Of a DNA stretch of 32,000 nt, positions 1 through 7,883 are shown piece after piece. Where the stretch lies: assembly GCA_017527825.1 (NCBI GenBank), contig JAFXPO010000020.1, positions 1-32,000 of the forward strand, given 5' to 3'. The notes below the pieces were generated by a model, which was not told the DNA's origin, did no database searches, and was given only the letters and a program-made list of their open reading frames with translations. A program made the position numbers and the translations under genes. Positions within the stretch are counted from its first letter, which is position 1; every line of letters begins with the position of its first letter. This DNA comes from Oscillospiraceae bacterium. Lineage in GTDB: Bacteria > Bacillota > Clostridia > Oscillospirales > Oscillospiraceae.

Positions 1-171
1 AACGACACGGCTCATACCTCCATCCGGGAGTTATACGGGAGCGGTCGATAGTGTGCATGAAGCGCGCCGACAGCATAAATGGTGCATAGCGCAGCCCGTC
101 AATACGCGGTCAAAAGGTGGGCGCAGGAAATGGCCCGGAGCATGGAGGGCAAAAAAATAATAATATAACGC

Positions 172-200
172 TTGGCAGCAGAACAGATATACTATATAAT
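172..200 (+). promoter_or_regulatory. sigma-70-type promoter candidate for the xis-int pair of the left-hand element
   Basis: TTGGCA (172-177), 17-nt spacer, TATAAT (195-200), about 90 nt upstream of the ATG at 290. Confidence 0.45.
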
Positions 201-289
201 ATGTGTACCTAACCAATCTGCATTTTTGAGGGAAGGAGGTACATTTTGCGTCTGAAAAGTTGCCAAGCTGTGAGAAAGGAGAGTCTTCT

Positions 290-496
290 ATGACTTTATC
301 TGATTGCAGCAAGCCCACTCGGCAGACATATACTGCCGAACAGGTGGCGGAAATCCTCGGGGTGAGCGTTCGCACTGCCTATAGCATATGCGAAACGACC
401 AAAGATTTTAAGGTAATGCGGCTTGGAAAGCGTTGCCTGCGAGTCCACAAGGAATCCTTTGATAAGTGGTTTAACGAGGGCAGCGCAAATACCTGA
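290..496 (+). CDS. excisionase-like helix-turn-helix DNA-binding protein (Xis/MerR-type HTH)
   Basis: ATG 290 is preceded by GAAAGGAG. The translation YTAEQVAEILGVSVRTAYSICE...VMRLGKRCLRVHKESFDKWF looks like an excisionase-family HTH. The gene lies directly upstream of an integrase gene. Confidence 0.6.
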   Translation: MTLSDCSKPTRQTYTAEQVAEILGVSVRTAYSICETTKDFKVMRLGKRCLRVHKESFDKWFNEGSANT

Positions 497-524
497 ACCG
501 CTCTTTGAGAAAGGATTATCCAAT

Positions 525-2018
525 ATGGCAACTTATAAAATGCGTGGGGACTCCCATAGCGTTGTATACCGCTACATAGACGAAAACGGTAAGAAAATTC
601 AACATTGGGAGACCTATCAAACAGAATTAGAGGCATTACAGAGAAAAGTATATATTGATTGTCTGCAAAAGGAAAACAAAAACGACGAAATGCGCGCGGC
701 TGCCCGAGACTACAAGGCGAGGCGCGCAGCAGTCAAGGACGCGATCCAGCGGGCGAGAGGTGCATTCAGACCTGTTGAACCGAAGGAACCTCCGAAGCCT
801 TCACCGTCGGGCGAAGACAATTCGCAGAAGACGTTTCGTGACTTTATGGAACGGTTTCTGCCAATCCATGCCCGAAAAGAGCGATTTTCACCGAACAGCT
901 ACGATAGCTACCGAACAACGCTCAAGACACATATTTACCCATATTTTGGCGATTGGGTCATGAGCAGCATCAAGGCGGAGGACATTGATTTATTCGTTGA
1001 CTATCTGAGCGGCAAGCGTTGCTCGGGAAGCAAAGCCTATTCCGGTGATCCGTTCAAAATCCCTCATTTGTCGCAGTCTACAATCAAAAAGTGCTATGAC
1101 GTACTTACGGTCGGATTTCCTACCGCGAAAAAATGGGGATATATCAAGGAGATTCCTGTCACTTCCGCGCCGTCCTGCAAGATGAAAAAGCGTCGAGCGT
1201 GGGATGCAGAGAGAGTCATGGATCTGATGGAAAAGATCCCGCGAGATTCACTGCTCCATCTCGAAGTCCACCTTGCTTTTGTCTGCTCATTACGAGCGGG
1301 CGAGGTGGTAGGCATTGAAGCGTCCTCTGTCAATTTTGAGGATAAGAGCCTCTGGATCACTCAAATCGTCGAGCGCGTTTCGGACGAAGCGATCGGTCAA
1401 CTGCCGAAAGAGGATTTAATCAAAATTTTTCCGAAGCTGAAGGAGAACTCCAAAAGCAGCATTATCCTCAAAACGCCGAAAACCGAGGGCAGTGTCCGAA
1501 AGCAGTATTTGACATGGCCGCTGCTTGCCGAGATCAAGGAACGGATGCAGGAGATCGAGCGCAACAAGGACTTCTTCGGGAGCGAGTATCAAGACTACGG
1601 CCTTTTGATCTGCAACCCTGACGGCACGCCAATTGAGCCGAAATCCTTGAATGGGAAGCTCAAAGAGGCTGAAATGGCGTTAGGGATCAAGGATCAGATC
1701 GAGTTTCAAGGGCTTCGAAAGTCCGGACAGATGCACAAGGTCAGACTGACGCAGAACAACTATCAGCTTGTGGCAGAGAACGCCGGACAATCGCCGGAGG
1801 TGCTGATGTCGAACTATAACGAGGCACTTGACTCGGAGAAGCGGGAACTCGCTCAATTGGTCGAAGAACACCTTTACCCGCGGTTGGTTACCGAGGACGG
1901 TAAACGCGGGGGTAGCGAGGACAGCATGACGGAGATCGTCGAGAAAATCAGGAGTGACCCTAAGTTTTCCCAGCAGATATTGCAGCTCTTGCTATCCAGC
2001 GCAGCTAACGCCGGCTAA
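525..2018 (+). CDS. tyrosine recombinase / integrase (497 aa) of a first integrative element, atypical catalytic residues
   Basis: ATG 525 follows GAAAGGA. It has an N-terminal arm-binding-like segment (MATYKMRGDSHSVVYRYIDENGKKIQHWETY) and a SAM-like core-binding segment (FRDFMERFLPIHARKERFSPNSYDSYRTTLKTHIYPYFGDW). Box I is SLRAGEV, followed by KTPKTEGSVRKQYL. Box II-like FQGLRKSG...AGQSPEVLMSNY has Gln where His is usual. Confidence 0.8.
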   Translation: MATYKMRGDSHSVVYRYIDENGKKIQHWETYQTELEALQRKVYIDCLQKENKNDEMRAAARDYKARRAAVKDAIQRARGAFRPVEPKEPPKPSPSGEDNSQKTFRDFMERFLPIHARKERFSPNSYDSYRTTLKTHIYPYFGDWVMSSIKAEDIDLFVDYLSGKRCSGSKAYSGDPFKIPHLSQSTIKKCYDVLTVGFPTAKKWGYIKEIPVTSAPSCKMKKRRAWDAERVMDLMEKIPRDSLLHLEVHLAFVCSLRAGEVVGIEASSVNFEDKSLWITQIVERVSDEAIGQLPKEDLIKIFPKLKENSKSSIILKTPKTEGSVRKQYLTWPLLAEIKERMQEIERNKDFFGSEYQDYGLLICNPDGTPIEPKSLNGKLKEAEMALGIKDQIEFQGLRKSGQMHKVRLTQNNYQLVAENAGQSPEVLMSNYNEALDSEKRELAQLVEEHLYPRLVTEDGKRGGSEDSMTEIVEKIRSDPKFSQQILQLLLSSAANAG

Positions 2019-2065
2019 TAGCAAGAGGGTGCCGCTGTTAGCAAAGATAGCTGGTTTGTTAGCAA
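2016..2065. repeat. three phased 9-mers T(A/G)(A/T)TAGCAA at 2016, 2036 and 2057 (20-21 bp period)
   Basis: TAATAGCAA 2016-2024, TGTTAGCAA 2036-2044 and TGTTAGCAA 2057-2065, read directly. They lie immediately after the integrase stop. Confidence 0.5.
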
Positions 2066-2117
2066 GCGGGGCTGGTGGGCCGTGAATGGGCTTGCCTCGA
2101 TCCTAACATTTTGAAAA

Positions 2118-2164
2118 GAAAAAGCCCCGATTTTAACCTAACACAGTCAAAATCAGGACTTTTT
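2118..2164 (-). terminator. rho-independent terminator-like hairpin downstream (minus strand) of the displaced tRNA-Thr 3' fragment
   Basis: 16-nt arms at 2118-2134 and 2149-2164. On the minus-strand RNA all 16 positions pair (two are G-U) and a T-rich run follows. On the plus-strand RNA those two positions would be C-A mismatches. Confidence 0.45.
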
Positions 2165-2166
2165 CG

Positions 2167-2211
2167 TGGAGCTGCTGGGCAGATTCGAACTGCCGACCTC
2201 ATCCTTACCAA
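2167..2211. repeat. att direct repeat, distal copy (displaced 3' 45 nt of tRNA-Thr)
   Basis: tggagctgctgggcagattcgaactgccgacctcatccttaccaa is identical to 18353-18397. The flanking bases differ on both sides. Confidence 0.9.
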
Positions 2212-2243
2212 TTAACCAAGAGCATTTTTTAGTTTATCAAAGT

Positions 2244-2314
2244 TTGCCATAGTTTGAGATTTGGAAACCAGCAATCAAGCGGGTTTGCAGCGTTTTACTT
2301 GCCGTAGTTTGAGA
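2244..2314. repeat. 16-bp direct repeat pair ttgcc(a/g)tagtttgaga (2244-2259 and 2299-2314)
   Basis: The two copies differ at one position and are spaced 55 bp apart. They lie in the non-coding arm between att and the integrase gene. Confidence 0.6.
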
Positions 2315-2353
2315 AAGCCGACGATAGCGTTTTTATAACTTTTTTAGCATGAT

Positions 2354-2377
2354 GCTCAATACTTTGCTCAATACTTC
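2354..2377. repeat. arm-type tandem 12-mer (gctcaatacttt gctcaatacttc), left-end copy
   Basis: The 22-bp core ctcaatactttgctcaatactt (2355-2376) recurs identically at 18232-18253, in the same orientation, just inside the other att copy. Confidence 0.75.
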
Positions 2378-2433
2378 TGAAAAGAGAGGTGCCGCCGACC
2401 TCATCTCTACAAGCGGCTCCTTTGACATAGACC

Positions 2434-2467
2434 GGCGGCGCAGGAAAGAACCCTGCGCCGCCTTTTT
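2434..2467 (+). terminator. GC-rich hairpin plus T-run at the 3' end of the integrase gene (plus-oriented, possibly bidirectional)
   Basis: ggcggcgcagg (2434-2444), 7-nt loop, cctgcgccgcc (2452-2462), then ttttt. The T-run is on the plus strand and overlaps the integrase stop codon on the minus strand. Confidence 0.5.
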
Positions 2468-3662
2468 ATTCGTTCTGGGCTTTTAGAGCATCCCGGACAA
2501 CCTGACCAGCCCGGCGGATACTATCCTCGTTCGCGTGGGCGTACATTCGGAGCGTGACCGCCGTATCGCTGTGGCCGAGCCGCTCCGAAACGCTGACCAC
2601 ATCGGCCCCGTTCGTGATGGCAAGGCTGGCCGAGGTATGCCGGAGCAGGTGTGGGTGGAAGTTTGGAATGCCGTACCGCTCCCCAAACTTTTTGAAATAG
2701 TGCGTCGGAGACTGCGGGTGCATCGGATCGGCGACCCCATCCACCGTGAACACATAGCGGGAGATGCACGTCGCCGCCTGTTCCTCCCGGAGCTGCCGGA
2801 GCAGTGCCAGCGCGTCTGGGCCGACGTCCACCGTGCGCCCCTTGCCATTCTTCGGAGAGGTCTCATAGACCCCAGCCGCCGGAGTATACTGCAGATTACG
2901 CCGGATCGTGATCACACCCGTGGCGAAATTGATATCCGACCATTGTAGGGCGCACAGCTCACCCTTTCGCGCCCCGGTATCGGCAGCGAGGTTTATATAC
3001 GTCCGCCACTTCAATGGCTCCTGCTCGACGCAGGAGAGGACGCGGCGGAGCTGATCGACCGTCAGCGCCTTCTCGGCCTCGGACTCCGCAACCTCGCCTT
3101 TACGCGGAGCTGGACGCTTCACCTTCAGCATGGGCGAGATTTTGATGCTCTCATCCATGAACGCCATATCAAAGAGGCCGTTCAGGATATTATAGAGCTT
3201 CACCGCCGAGGCGTGGGCTTTGCCGGTTTTTTGGTAGTCCAGTATGAGCTTTGAGATCATGGCCGGAGAGACCTCGACCAGCAGAGCGTCGCCGATCACC
3301 GGCAGGATATACCGATCAAGGAACAGCCGGTAGGAGTACCGGGAGTTCTCGCTGAGAGAGGCTTCCTTCGTCGGCATGAACACCCCGTCCGCGTATTGCC
3401 GGACGGTTTTCAATTTGGCAGCCTCGGCGGCAGCGGCGCGATCCTGCTCCTTCTGCTCGGCTCTGTTCAAGACCTCGCCCTTCCCGCACTGCAGCTCAAA
3501 GGCGGCGGCGACCTTTGCAAGCTCGCGCTCGGCGGCGCGTTTGCTCCACCCTTCAGGCCAGTACCAGCGCTTCGTATATGGCGTTTTGCCGTAACCGCGA
3601 GAAACGGAGATTTTGAAGAACCGCCGCCCGTCCTTCGTTTCCATGAGCTTTGTCGATGCCAT
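2466..3662 (-). CDS. tyrosine-type site-specific integrase (398 aa)
   Basis: Classical motifs are present: TGARKGELCALQWSDI, KNGKGRTV and HPHLLRHTSASLAITNGADVVSVSERLGHSDTAVTLRMYAH. GGGAGGG RBS. The gene is adjacent to an att repeat. Confidence 0.95.
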   Translation of the reverse strand: MASTKLMETKDGRRFFKISVSRGYGKTPYTKRWYWPEGWSKRAAERELAKVAAAFELQCGKGEVLNRAEQKEQDRAAAAEAAKLKTVRQYADGVFMPTKEASLSENSRYSYRLFLDRYILPVIGDALLVEVSPAMISKLILDYQKTGKAHASAVKLYNILNGLFDMAFMDESIKISPMLKVKRPAPRKGEVAESEAEKALTVDQLRRVLSCVEQEPLKWRTYINLAADTGARKGELCALQWSDINFATGVITIRRNLQYTPAAGVYETSPKNGKGRTVDVGPDALALLRQLREEQAATCISRYVFTVDGVADPMHPQSPTHYFKKFGERYGIPNFHPHLLRHTSASLAITNGADVVSVSERLGHSDTAVTLRMYAHANEDSIRRAGQVVRDALKAQNE

Positions 3663-4309
3663 TATTCATCCCTCCCAAAAACAACGAACCGGGCCAATTT
3701 GCGGAACCGAGCGACGGCTTCGCATTCAATGATAGCGGTCGCATAGGCTTCTGATCCCATCGAGTAGCGCCCCAGTTTTTTTAATTCGCGCTCCTTCTGA
3801 AAAACCGAGTCATCCCATGACGGTGCTGCCGAGACCTCAACCGCTTTCCGGCATTCGGAAAGATAGGCAAGCACATCACCAAAGCTGACTACATCGTGAG
3901 ATTGCCCCTGCCGCTCATCAAGAAGCGTTTCGAGAAGCAGCGAGAGGGCTTTCCGCTGGTCTTGATAGTAGCGGCCTTCGGCGTTCAAACTCATTAGAAA
4001 ATCAACGGCTCCTTCGGAGAGGCCAAGAGCTTTGACAGCGGCCTGAATATTTGCGTCGGGGCTTCGGGCGGGAGAGAGGCCACAGAGGTAATCGAGTGAC
4101 ACACCATAAAAAGCTGCGATCTTTATCAAGTTTTCCATCTTAGGATAGGCGATCCCCTGTTTGTACTGGTTAATAGCCTGAACAGAGCAGCCGAGGTGAT
4201 CGGCCAGAGCGTGAGGATCGTCAATGAGATCACGCAATTTCGTCGCAAGGCTCGCCTTCGCCTTTTCAGCAATATCGCTGTCGTAAGTTTTCCTTCCATT
4301 TTCGCCCAT
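3662..4309 (-). CDS. XRE-family HTH repressor-like protein (cI/ImmR-like position)
   Basis: HTH segment LADHLGCSVQAINQYKQGIAYPKMENLIKIAAFYGVSLDYLCG. ATG 4309 follows AGAGGTGA. The stop overlaps the integrase ATG by 1 nt (TAATG), so the two genes look co-transcribed. Confidence 0.8.
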   Translation of the reverse strand: MGENGRKTYDSDIAEKAKASLATKLRDLIDDPHALADHLGCSVQAINQYKQGIAYPKMENLIKIAAFYGVSLDYLCGLSPARSPDANIQAAVKALGLSEGAVDFLMSLNAEGRYYQDQRKALSLLLETLLDERQGQSHDVVSFGDVLAYLSECRKAVEVSAAPSWDDSVFQKERELKKLGRYSMGSEAYATAIIECEAVARFRKLARFVVFGRDE

Positions 4310-4348
4310 CAAATCACCTCTCAAAAAGTAATACTTTCAATTTTCTTT

Positions 4349-4377
4349 ATCTTATCATTCTCACTTTACAATGTCAA
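4349..4377 (-). promoter_or_regulatory. leftward promoter candidate for the repressor-integrase operon
   Basis: On the minus strand: TTGACA (4372-4377), 17 nt, TAAGAT (4349-4354). Confidence 0.5.
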
Positions 4378-4393
4378 GAGGTAGTGATACGAT
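4365..4393 (+). promoter_or_regulatory. rightward early promoter candidate, overlapping the leftward one face to face
   Basis: TTTACA (4365-4370), 17 nt, TACGAT (4388-4393), upstream of the 4430 ORF. Confidence 0.4.
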
Positions 4394-4429
4394 AAAGCAG
4401 AACTATTCAAGAAAGGAGATTTTGAAGTT

Positions 4430-4606
4430 ATGCTTCAGACTGAGAAAAGCGATAAGGCGAGGGAAGCGCAGCGGCAGTACCTCCGCGAATGGAGAAAGAA
4501 GAACAAAGACAAGGTTCGCCAGTACAATGAAAAATACTGGCAGCGGAAGGGTGAGAGCCTTTCAACGGAAAGAGGTGAGCAGGATGCCGAAACGCAGAAA
4601 GGCTAA
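4430..4606 (+). CDS. small basic protein (58 aa), hypothetical
   Basis: GAAAGGAG RBS then ATG 4430. Translation is MLQTEKSDKAREAQRQYLREWRKKNKDKVRQYNEKYWQRKGESL.... It is below the ORF-track length cutoff and was read directly from the sequence. Confidence 0.55.
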   Translation: MLQTEKSDKAREAQRQYLREWRKKNKDKVRQYNEKYWQRKGESLSTERGEQDAETQKG

Positions 4607-4817
4607 CCTTGACGCGCCTCTGCAGACGATCAGCGCCACGAGCTACATCACAGGAGAAAGCCGCACGGCACTGCGGCAGCTTTGCCGCGAAGGGCGAATC
4701 CCTCACGTCCGCCGGGGCGAGGGCAAGAATGCCACCTACCTCATCAATGTGCCTTTGTACCTGAAAATGCTGGACGCGGAAAGCAATTCCAACATCAGAT
4801 CGGAGGCCAGAGTATGA
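4584..4817 (+). CDS. Xis/AlpA-like HTH DNA-binding protein (77 aa)
   Basis: AGAGGTGA RBS then ATG 4584. Translation SYITGESRTALRQLCREGRIPHVRRGEGKNATYLINVPLYLKML. The longer ORF-track start at 4371 runs through the preceding ORF in another frame and is not credible. Confidence 0.6.
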   Translation: MPKRRKANLDAPLQTISATSYITGESRTALRQLCREGRIPHVRRGEGKNATYLINVPLYLKMLDAESNSNIRSEARV

Positions 4818-4969
4818 GCAGGCAAAAAAGAGCCGCCCTCGGCGCTACGAACACCGAAAGCGGCAGGGAATTAGGAAGCGGAGCAGCTCTCCATTTCCCC
4901 GAAGCAATTCTACCACACCGCCGGTACCAGCGCAAGGAGTTTGTGCATAGCAGCGGAACAAGGCGGTGA
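4814..4969 (+). CDS. small hypothetical protein (51 aa)
   Basis: GGAGG lies 8 nt upstream of ATG 4814. There is an ATGA overlap with the preceding stop, and the ORF ends 5 nt before the primase ATG. The amino-acid composition is not strongly protein-like. Confidence 0.35.
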   Translation: MSRQKRAALGATNTESGRELGSGAALHFPEAILPHRRYQRKEFVHSSGTRR

Positions 4970-4973
4970 GAAC

Positions 4974-7655
4974 ATGGCAGCAAGGGAAAACGTCGACTTC
5001 GACCAGATCGTCGATTACAGAGCGGAATACTCCGCCATTGTGGAGAAGCACAAGATCATCGGCGACAACCTGACCGGCCTCTGCCCATTTCACAAGGACA
5101 CCAACAACAGTTTCTCGGTCGATCTGAAAACAGGACAATGGCACTGCTTCAGCGAGGACATCGGCGGCAACTTCATATCCTTCTGGGCGAAGTACCGAGG
5201 CATCGACACCAAGGAAGCCTACAAGGAGATACTCGACCGCTACGGCATCCGGCAGGAGGAACGCCCCGCCGAGAAGCCGAAGCAGACCGGCGGAGGGCTG
5301 ATCCCCTACACCATCGAGCAGTACAGCTTCGACAAGCGGCTCCCGGTCGACTTCCTGAAGCAGACGTGCCGTGTCGAGACCGGCAAAGACCGCGACGGCA
5401 CCGAGTACCTGAAGATGCCCTACTTCTTCGAGAACGGGAAACCGGCTGCGACGCGGAAGCGTTACGGTCAGAAAGAGTTCCGCTGGATGAAGGGCAGCAG
5501 GGGAAAGATATGCCTCTACGGTGAGTGGCGGATCGCGGAGATCAGGAAGGTCGGCTGGTGCATTCTGGTAGAGGGCGAGAGCGACACCCAGAGCCTCTGG
5601 TACATGGGCCTCCCCGCCATCGGCGTGGCCGGAGCCTCGATGTTCAAGGCGTACCAGACGATGGTGCTGCAGGGCCTCAAGGTTTACATACACAAGGAGC
5701 CGGACGGCGGAGGCGAGACCTTCTACAAGAAGCTCTGCCATGCGTTCGATGAGACCGGCTTCGACGGTGAGCTGTTCGTGTGGTCGTGCCAGAGCCTCGG
5801 CAAGAAAGACCCATCCGACGTTTACCTCGCCTACGACAAGGACGAAGGAAAGCGCCTGATCCAAGAGGCCCTGAAGAAAGCCAAAGCCGTCGACCTGAAG
5901 CTGGAGCTGCAGGAAGAAACCGCGAGCGGAGCGCCGGTCAGCCTACGCACCCCGAAAGGCTGGAAGCTATCGGACAGCGGCATATTCCTCATAGATGCAA
6001 AGACACGCGCCCCCGTTCTGATCTGCCGAACACCGATCATCCTGACCCGGCGGATCGCCAATCTGGAAACCGGGGAAGAAAAGATCGAAGTTGCGTTCAA
6101 GGATCACGGCGAAGAATGGACACGCGGAGTTTATGCGAGGCACACCGTTTTTTCACGCCAGAGCATCATGGAGCTTGCTAATTCAGGCTGCACCGTCACC
6201 AGCGAGAACGCGAAGAACGTGGTCAAGTTCCTCATGGAGCTGGAGGCAGAAAACTACGATGAAATTCCGACAGCTGTGGCAACGTCATCCTTCGGGTGGC
6301 AGGTCGACAACCGCTTTCTACCCGGATGCGATAAGGAAATAGTTCTCGACATAGACCCTACGCTGAAACCGTTGGCAGCGGCCTATTGCCAGAACGGAAC
6401 CATGGAGCGGTGGATCGAACACATGGCACCGCACCGACAGCGTGACAAGTTCCGCTTCATCCTCGCCGCCTCGTTTGCGGCCCCGCTCCTGCGGATCGTG
6501 AAGCAGCGGATCTTCTTCGTTTACAATTGGGGAGGCTCCAAAGGCGGAAAGACCGCCGCCCTAAAAGCGGCCCTCTCGGCATGGGGAGACCCGGAGCGGC
6601 TCATGGTGAACTTTAACGCCACGCAGGTCGGCCTCGAACGAACCGCCGCCTTCTACTGTGACCTTCCCCTCGGCATCGACGAACGGCAGCTCGCCGGGAA
6701 CAACCAAGGCTCGCTGGAGAAGATCGTCTACATGATCGCCAGCGGCACCGGCAAGATACGCGGAGCCAAAAGCGGCGGCATCCAGACCGTCCAGCAATGG
6801 CGCACCGTGGCGCTGGCCACCGGCGAGGAACCGCTCTCGACCGACACTTCCCAGACCGGCGTCAGCACCCGCGTCTTGGAGCTTTACGGTGGGCCGTTCG
6901 ACAATGAGCAGGATGCCGCCCTCATGCACCAGCAAGCCGCCCTCGACTGTGGCTGGGCTGGCCCCGCCTTCATCGACCACCTCCTGCAGATGGATGAGCG
7001 TGAGATCGTGGAGCAGTACGAGGAAATGCAGACCTACGTCCGCGAAATCAGCAACGGCAAGAACGGCTCCCACATCGCCGGAATCGCCGCCGTTGCCCTC
7101 GCCGACAGCATGATAGATCAGCTATTCTTCGGAGGCTCGCCGGAGCAGAGCCGCGAGGCGGCGAAGCGCATGGCGGCAAGCATCCTGATCAATCAGGTGG
7201 AGAGCAATGCCACCGACGTGAACGAGAACGCGGTGCAGTTCGTAGTCGACTGGGTGCTGGCGAACAAGGCGTACTTCGGCCAGAACGCCGTCGGAACGTG
7301 CCTCGGCTTTACCAGCGACACCGGCAACACCGCCTACATCTTCCCGACCATGCTCAATCAGGCGCTCTCCAAAGCAGGGTACAGCCCCCGGAAAACTATG
7401 AAGTATCTCGCCGAGCGTGAGCTGATCGGCATGACGGTCGAGGGCAGCGGAAAGAAGATATACTCCGTTACAAAATGGTTCGGGAGCCGCTCGGTGAGGT
7501 TCGTCGAGTTCTACATCGGCAAGATCGCCGAGGCAAAAGACCCGATAGACGACGCCGATGAAATCGGCTCCAACCGCGAGAGCGACGCGCCGGAGTACCA
7601 GCAGCAGAGCTTTACTGAACTGACCGACGCGGATCACAAAGAGCTGCCATTCTGA
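4974..7655 (+). CDS. primase-helicase (CHC2 zinc finger + Toprim + P-loop NTPase, DUF927/D5-like)
   Basis: Zinc finger CPFHKDTNNSFSV...WHCF. Toprim ILVEGESDTQSLWYMG...HKEPDGGGE. Walker A NWGGSKGGKTAAL and Walker B-like LPLGIDERQ. Confidence 0.9.
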   Translation: MAARENVDFDQIVDYRAEYSAIVEKHKIIGDNLTGLCPFHKDTNNSFSVDLKTGQWHCFSEDIGGNFISFWAKYRGIDTKEAYKEILDRYGIRQEERPAEKPKQTGGGLIPYTIEQYSFDKRLPVDFLKQTCRVETGKDRDGTEYLKMPYFFENGKPAATRKRYGQKEFRWMKGSRGKICLYGEWRIAEIRKVGWCILVEGESDTQSLWYMGLPAIGVAGASMFKAYQTMVLQGLKVYIHKEPDGGGETFYKKLCHAFDETGFDGELFVWSCQSLGKKDPSDVYLAYDKDEGKRLIQEALKKAKAVDLKLELQEETASGAPVSLRTPKGWKLSDSGIFLIDAKTRAPVLICRTPIILTRRIANLETGEEKIEVAFKDHGEEWTRGVYARHTVFSRQSIMELANSGCTVTSENAKNVVKFLMELEAENYDEIPTAVATSSFGWQVDNRFLPGCDKEIVLDIDPTLKPLAAAYCQNGTMERWIEHMAPHRQRDKFRFILAASFAAPLLRIVKQRIFFVYNWGGSKGGKTAALKAALSAWGDPERLMVNFNATQVGLERTAAFYCDLPLGIDERQLAGNNQGSLEKIVYMIASGTGKIRGAKSGGIQTVQQWRTVALATGEEPLSTDTSQTGVSTRVLELYGGPFDNEQDAALMHQQAALDCGWAGPAFIDHLLQMDEREIVEQYEEMQTYVREISNGKNGSHIAGIAAVALADSMIDQLFFGGSPEQSREAAKRMAASILINQVESNATDVNENAVQFVVDWVLANKAYFGQNAVGTCLGFTSDTGNTAYIFPTMLNQALSKAGYSPRKTMKYLAERELIGMTVEGSGKKIYSVTKWFGSRSVRFVEFYIGKIAEAKDPIDDADEIGSNRESDAPEYQQQSFTELTDADHKELPF

Positions 7656-7678
7656 AAAAGGAACCGCACAACTGACAC

Positions 7679-7883
7679 TTAGATGTTCAGTTAGATGCAA
7701 GGATAGGTGCAAGGCGGAAAAGCCCCGAAAATCAAGGCGTTGTGACATTCTCTTACACCTATTTTATAATTTTTTAAGAGTAAATATTATTTATAGCGTT
7801 TTGCAGAATGTCGAGAAAATCCGACATAATGCAATAAATTTGTAAAAAGCAAGGTATATTTTCGGGATGCAAGGTTTTAGATG
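7679..7883. promoter_or_regulatory. AT-rich non-coding region flanked by short direct repeats (candidate origin and/or late promoter region)
   Basis: G(A/G)TGCAAGG at 7694-7702, 7706-7714 and 7866-7874. TTAGATG at 7679, 7691 and 7877. The AT-rich core at ~7750-7860 contains TGACAT-17-TATAAT (7743-7771) and TTGCAG-18-CATAAT (7801-7830). Confidence 0.4.

Noticed and set aside
31-375. 114-aa minus-strand ORF at the left edge, and possible 3' ends of plus-strand genes in 1-160.
   Set aside because: The minus ORF spans the promoter and the xis start and has no RBS or motifs. The plus-frame fragments are too short and featureless to call.
4371-4583. N-terminal extension of the 148-aa ORF-track entry (start at 4371).
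   Set aside because: It reads through the well-supported 58-aa ORF in a different frame and has no RBS. The internal ATG at 4584, preceded by AGAGGTGA, is the credible start.
7724-7867. Inverted 9-mers cccgaaaat (7724-7732) and attttcggg (7859-7867) bracket the AT-rich promoter-like region, suggesting an invertible promoter (inverton).
   Set aside because: Only 9 bp are complementary and the flanks do not extend the repeat. A match of this size within ~300 bp is plausible by chance. No dedicated invertase is adjacent.
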